The notes under the pieces were generated by a model. It was not told the DNA's origin. It was given only the letters and a program-made list of their open reading frames with translations, and did no database searches. A DNA stretch of 63,283 nucleotides, filler included, from Stramenopiles sp. TOSAG23-3 (taxonomy: Eukaryota): NCBI GenBank assembly GCA_900128585.1. It is 10 parts of 10 records of this genome, joined end to end, with 100 filler letters (N's around TTAATTAATTAA, not from the genome) between each part and the next. Parts side by side here need not be neighbours in the genome. Positions count along the whole stretch, not along the records: positions 57,077 to 63,283 come from LT643361.1; 9 more parts are not named here. One strand, given 5' to 3'. Below, one piece after another: positions 60,199 to 63,283 of this stretch. Numbering within the stretch: the stretch's first letter is position 1; each line of letters starts with the position of its first letter. Made by a program: the position numbers and the translations under genes.

Positions 60199-62475
60199 TT
60201 AATTTTTGATTTTTGAGTCTGAAGAACGAAATTTTATCCCCCCTAAATGTTTAACTTTGTTTTTTGCCAAAAAACCCCGAGCAATCCTCTGAATTTCCGT
60301 ACTTGCCACGTCTAAAACAATGGACAGGCCTATGGTGTGCACTATCGATTGATCCGCTCCATGACCCTTTGCTCGGACCAGAAACCCCCTGGCTATGCGT
60401 TCGATCTGGATTGCCGCCTTTTCCCTCTGCCTCATTTCGCGACCGGGACGCTTCGTCGTCTTTGCCTTCCCAGAATTGATGCCAACCTCGCTTATTCGGC
60501 CGCCTGTCTTTCCAACGCCATAATTGGCAGGAAACAGTTGCCGTTTGCGGCATTCGTACTTCCACACTTGCTGGGGCGACCGCAGGCGAGTGCGGACAAC
60601 GACGTGCTTTAACCGGCGGTACCGCCGTCGCCTCTTTCCCATCGATGTTTTGACCCGGAAAATGCCCCGTGCCTTTAAGCCGTACCCGAGTCCCTTTCCC
60701 ATTCGGTGTTGAGGATCCTCCAGTCGTTTTCGACGGGAATCTTTCGACTCGGGCACATGGCAGAGCCGGAGACGATCGATCACGGCGCCGAGTTCGTCTT
60801 TGCAGGCCTGAAAGTCGCCGGCGACCTGTTCCATATTAAAGTGCTGCTTCATGAAATTAATCAGAAACAACGGGGAATTAATTTTGGCCGTGGTGACCCC
60901 GAGCGGCGGTCCAAGCTCCATGTCCACTGCCCGACCGTCAAGCATGTCGTCAGAGTCCCGCGATGCGGTCAGGGTCAGCTCGAACTCCGTGTCGTCGAGT
61001 ATGCGGCGCTTCGTGACCCCGATGGACTGCAGTTCGGTTTTGCACGCTTCCCACCATTGCCGTCGCCCTGCGTCGACTTTCCGCGCAAGGTACTGGCGCG
61101 ACGCCCGCTGCTTTTGCTCCTGCCTGGTCCTTCGCCTGCGCCGCACGGCAGTGATAAACCCGGACTGCCCTTCGCAGTACGCGCTCGACACCACCGCTTT
61201 GCAGAATGTTTTTAGTTTCGCTCCCCGGACAATCTCTGCAAGCTCCCGTCTTGCTCTTTCCCGGAACGGTTTGTTGGCAACAATTTTCTTTGCGCGCTCG
61301 TACCGAAGCTGCTTCTTCAGCTTCTTCGTGTTGGATTTCAGCAGGGCCTGCTGCGTCTCCTGCAAAGCTGCGATTCGCTCGCGCCCTTTCTCCCTCTGCT
61401 TCTTGTGGACATCCAACAACCGTTTTCTCTCCCGCTTGGTACCGCGCTTTCTCAACCGCCGCATCTGCTGCCTTCGTTTGGACTCCAACGCCGCCTCTGT
61501 CCTCACGGCACTCATGAGGTGCTCCGTGTGCATGGTCTCTTTTCGCCGAAACTGACGCACGGCGCCCAGTTCTTTCCCTGCTCGTTGCGGGGACTGGATC
61601 AACTGCTTTCTGCGTTTCCTTCGGAGCTTTTCGATGTTTGCCTCGTCCCTTGTCATGGGGGAGAAGTGCTTAGCAAGGATGTCTGCGGCAACCTGCACGC
61701 TCGGCCGCTCTTGGGGTAGCCCTCCGCCGTGCTCCCTGGAAAAGTCCAGTATGCGCCGCGTGTCTTCTTGGGAGTTTAGAATTTTCTCCCGAGCTAGGGC
61801 TCGCTCTTCGTTGTAGAACGTTGCAAGCCGCTCCCGCTCTGCCCTGGAGTTCGTAAGCCGAATGTTTCGCTGTCGGACCATCTCCCGCTGCCGTTCCCTC
61901 TCTATTAACTGCAGCAAGTGCTCGGTGTGCAACGCCTCCACCCTCTCGTGGCGTTCTGCGGGACTCAAGGCGGCCGTGTCGTCCTGGAGGCTCCACTTTG
62001 CCCGAGGCACTGGCAGCTGCGCCAAAGCCCCTGTTCTTCCACCATGGGCGACGGGCGGACGGTCGCCGTTTCCAAGGTCCAGGTAGTCGGCGATGATCGC
62101 CGAGGCCGGCGGGGCCGCGTGCACCGCTTGGGAAGGGGGGAGCGTCTCTAACAAGTCGTGTCTAGGGGAAGAGAAGGGGGACCGCCTGGCTTCTTTCTTG
62201 GCTTCGGTGGGGGACAAAATAAGGGAGTGGTCGATGGCATCGTCGTCGTTTGTGGCCAACGCGTTTAAATTGTCCATGTGCAACTGCGTTCGTCTGTAAA
62301 AGAGCGGTTTGACGTCCTTCAGCACGGATTCACTCCGTTTGATGCTGGTCGAGTGGCCCATGGTTTCGATTTTTAACTTTTCTATCAGCATTCGCCCTAG
62401 GATGATCGGTGGTAAGTACCGCTCGGCCCCTTCGTCCTTCGACGAACCGTTCCCACGAGATTGAGACTTCACCAT
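60199..62475 (-). CDS. Basic coiled-coil protein with two C-terminal IQ (calmodulin-binding) motifs
   Basis: AAIQIERIARGFLVR and TEIQRIARGFLAK. First ATG (MVKSQ) at 62475. Confidence 0.75.
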   Translation of the reverse strand: MVKSQSRGNGSSKDEGAERYLPPIILGRMLIEKLKIETMGHSTSIKRSESVLKDVKPLFYRRTQLHMDNLNALATNDDDAIDHSLILSPTEAKKEARRSPFSSPRHDLLETLPPSQAVHAAPPASAIIADYLDLGNGDRPPVAHGGRTGALAQLPVPRAKWSLQDDTAALSPAERHERVEALHTEHLLQLIERERQREMVRQRNIRLTNSRAERERLATFYNEERALAREKILNSQEDTRRILDFSREHGGGLPQERPSVQVAADILAKHFSPMTRDEANIEKLRRKRRKQLIQSPQRAGKELGAVRQFRRKETMHTEHLMSAVRTEAALESKRRQQMRRLRKRGTKRERKRLLDVHKKQREKGRERIAALQETQQALLKSNTKKLKKQLRYERAKKIVANKPFRERARRELAEIVRGAKLKTFCKAVVSSAYCEGQSGFITAVRRRRRTRQEQKQRASRQYLARKVDAGRRQWWEACKTELQSIGVTKRRILDDTEFELTLTASRDSDDMLDGRAVDMELGPPLGVTTAKINSPLFLINFMKQHFNMEQVAGDFQACKDELGAVIDRLRLCHVPESKDSRRKRLEDPQHRMGKGLGYGLKARGIFRVKTSMGKRRRRYRRLKHVVVRTRLRSPQQVWKYECRKRQLFPANYGVGKTGGRISEVGINSGKAKTTKRPGREMRQREKAAIQIERIARGFLVRAKGHGADQSIVHTIGLSIVLDVASTEIQRIARGFLAKNKVKHLGGIKFRSSDSKIKN

Positions 62476-63283
62476 CCCCCTTTGGTCAAGAGTCGGAGTT
62501 CTCTCCCGCACGCACAACGGGGGGGGGGGCAGAATGGCCGGTCTAGCAGAAGAAGAAATACAGTTTAAACGGTGCCTGGTCGTCGTCAAAATGAACAAGC
62601 GATCGTTTCTCCGATGTTTCCTTATAATAAATATTTCCTCTCCTCCTCCTCCAAGCCCCCTTTTTTTCCATCATCAATTCCATTTCTTCAATATATACAA
62701 ACAAATATATCTTCTTTCTCAAAATTATTTTTTTAGTTCCGTTACTTTTACATATTCTTCTTATTTATTTTACGCGATTTTTTTGGGAATAATCGTGAAA
62801 ACAAAGTAGAGCAGAAGAAGAAGAAGAAGAGAATCCATAAGGTAATTAATAATTGAATTATTTTATATTTAATTATTAGTTTTTCATTATTAAAATAGAA
62901 CAGAAAACGAAGAAAAGTGTCAACAATGTCTTCTATCTTCTATATCATTTATATACGCTTTATCCTATAAGTATACTTATGTTCTTCTTTCTTTCTCTTT
63001 TTTCCTAAATGATTTTACTTTCGTTTCACTCGTATTTACCGGTTTACCGATTTCCCAAAACGAAATTAATAGTTCTATACATAAGTATAGGATTGGTATT
63101 GTAATAATATATCAAAGATGTTTTGAGAAATATGAACGAAGAAATAGGAAGTTATAACGAATAGTTCATAAAATGAGAATGTAAGGATTTTATGTATTTT
63201 GGATAACAATTTGTTCATTTTGGAATAACTTGTTTGTCGATTTGCTATACTAAATAGATGTACAATTATATTGGTTTTTTATT

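Noticed and set aside
1-63283. Alternative genetic code, stop readthrough, tRNA or rRNA genes
   Set aside because: TAA, TAG and TGA all end genes at expected positions, conserved proteins are uninterrupted, and I recognised no RNA gene.

Overview
This is eukaryotic DNA, not one continuous locus. Ten unrelated contigs of 6.2-6.26 kb, in descending length order (1-6259, 6360-12617, 12718-18975, 19076-25328, 25429-31681, 31782-38019, 38120-44340, 44441-50660, 50761-56976, 57077-63283), are joined by artificial 100-bp N44-TTAATTAATTAA-N44 linkers, so gene order across linkers is meaningless. The source appears to be a gene-dense, almost intron-free microbial eukaryote using the standard code, with GC-richer coding regions and very AT-rich, low-complexity spacers. 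Gene content suggests a heterotrophic stramenopile-like protist MAG/SAG (inference only). Recognisable genes: DRG GTPase, NOL6/Utp22, Lag1-type ceramide synthase, GH3 beta-glucosidase, PAN-GH20 hexosaminidase, sulfotransferase, SAM methyltransferase, GST, superoxide reductase, a two-repeat Kv channel, a BCS1-type AAA with SAM-like repeats, and ankyrin, IQ, IPT/TIG, TM-LRR-LNR, bHLH-like, zinc-finger and triple RAMA-like proteins. There is also a 5'-truncated Ty3/Gypsy retrotransposon. The strongest unexplained signal is a ~30-bp element (AAACAAGAAAATTGGCTGTTATTTAAGTAA) just downstream of stop codons on 8 of the 10 contigs, nearly always in the gene's sense orientation. All domain calls are from motif recognition by eye; no searches were run.
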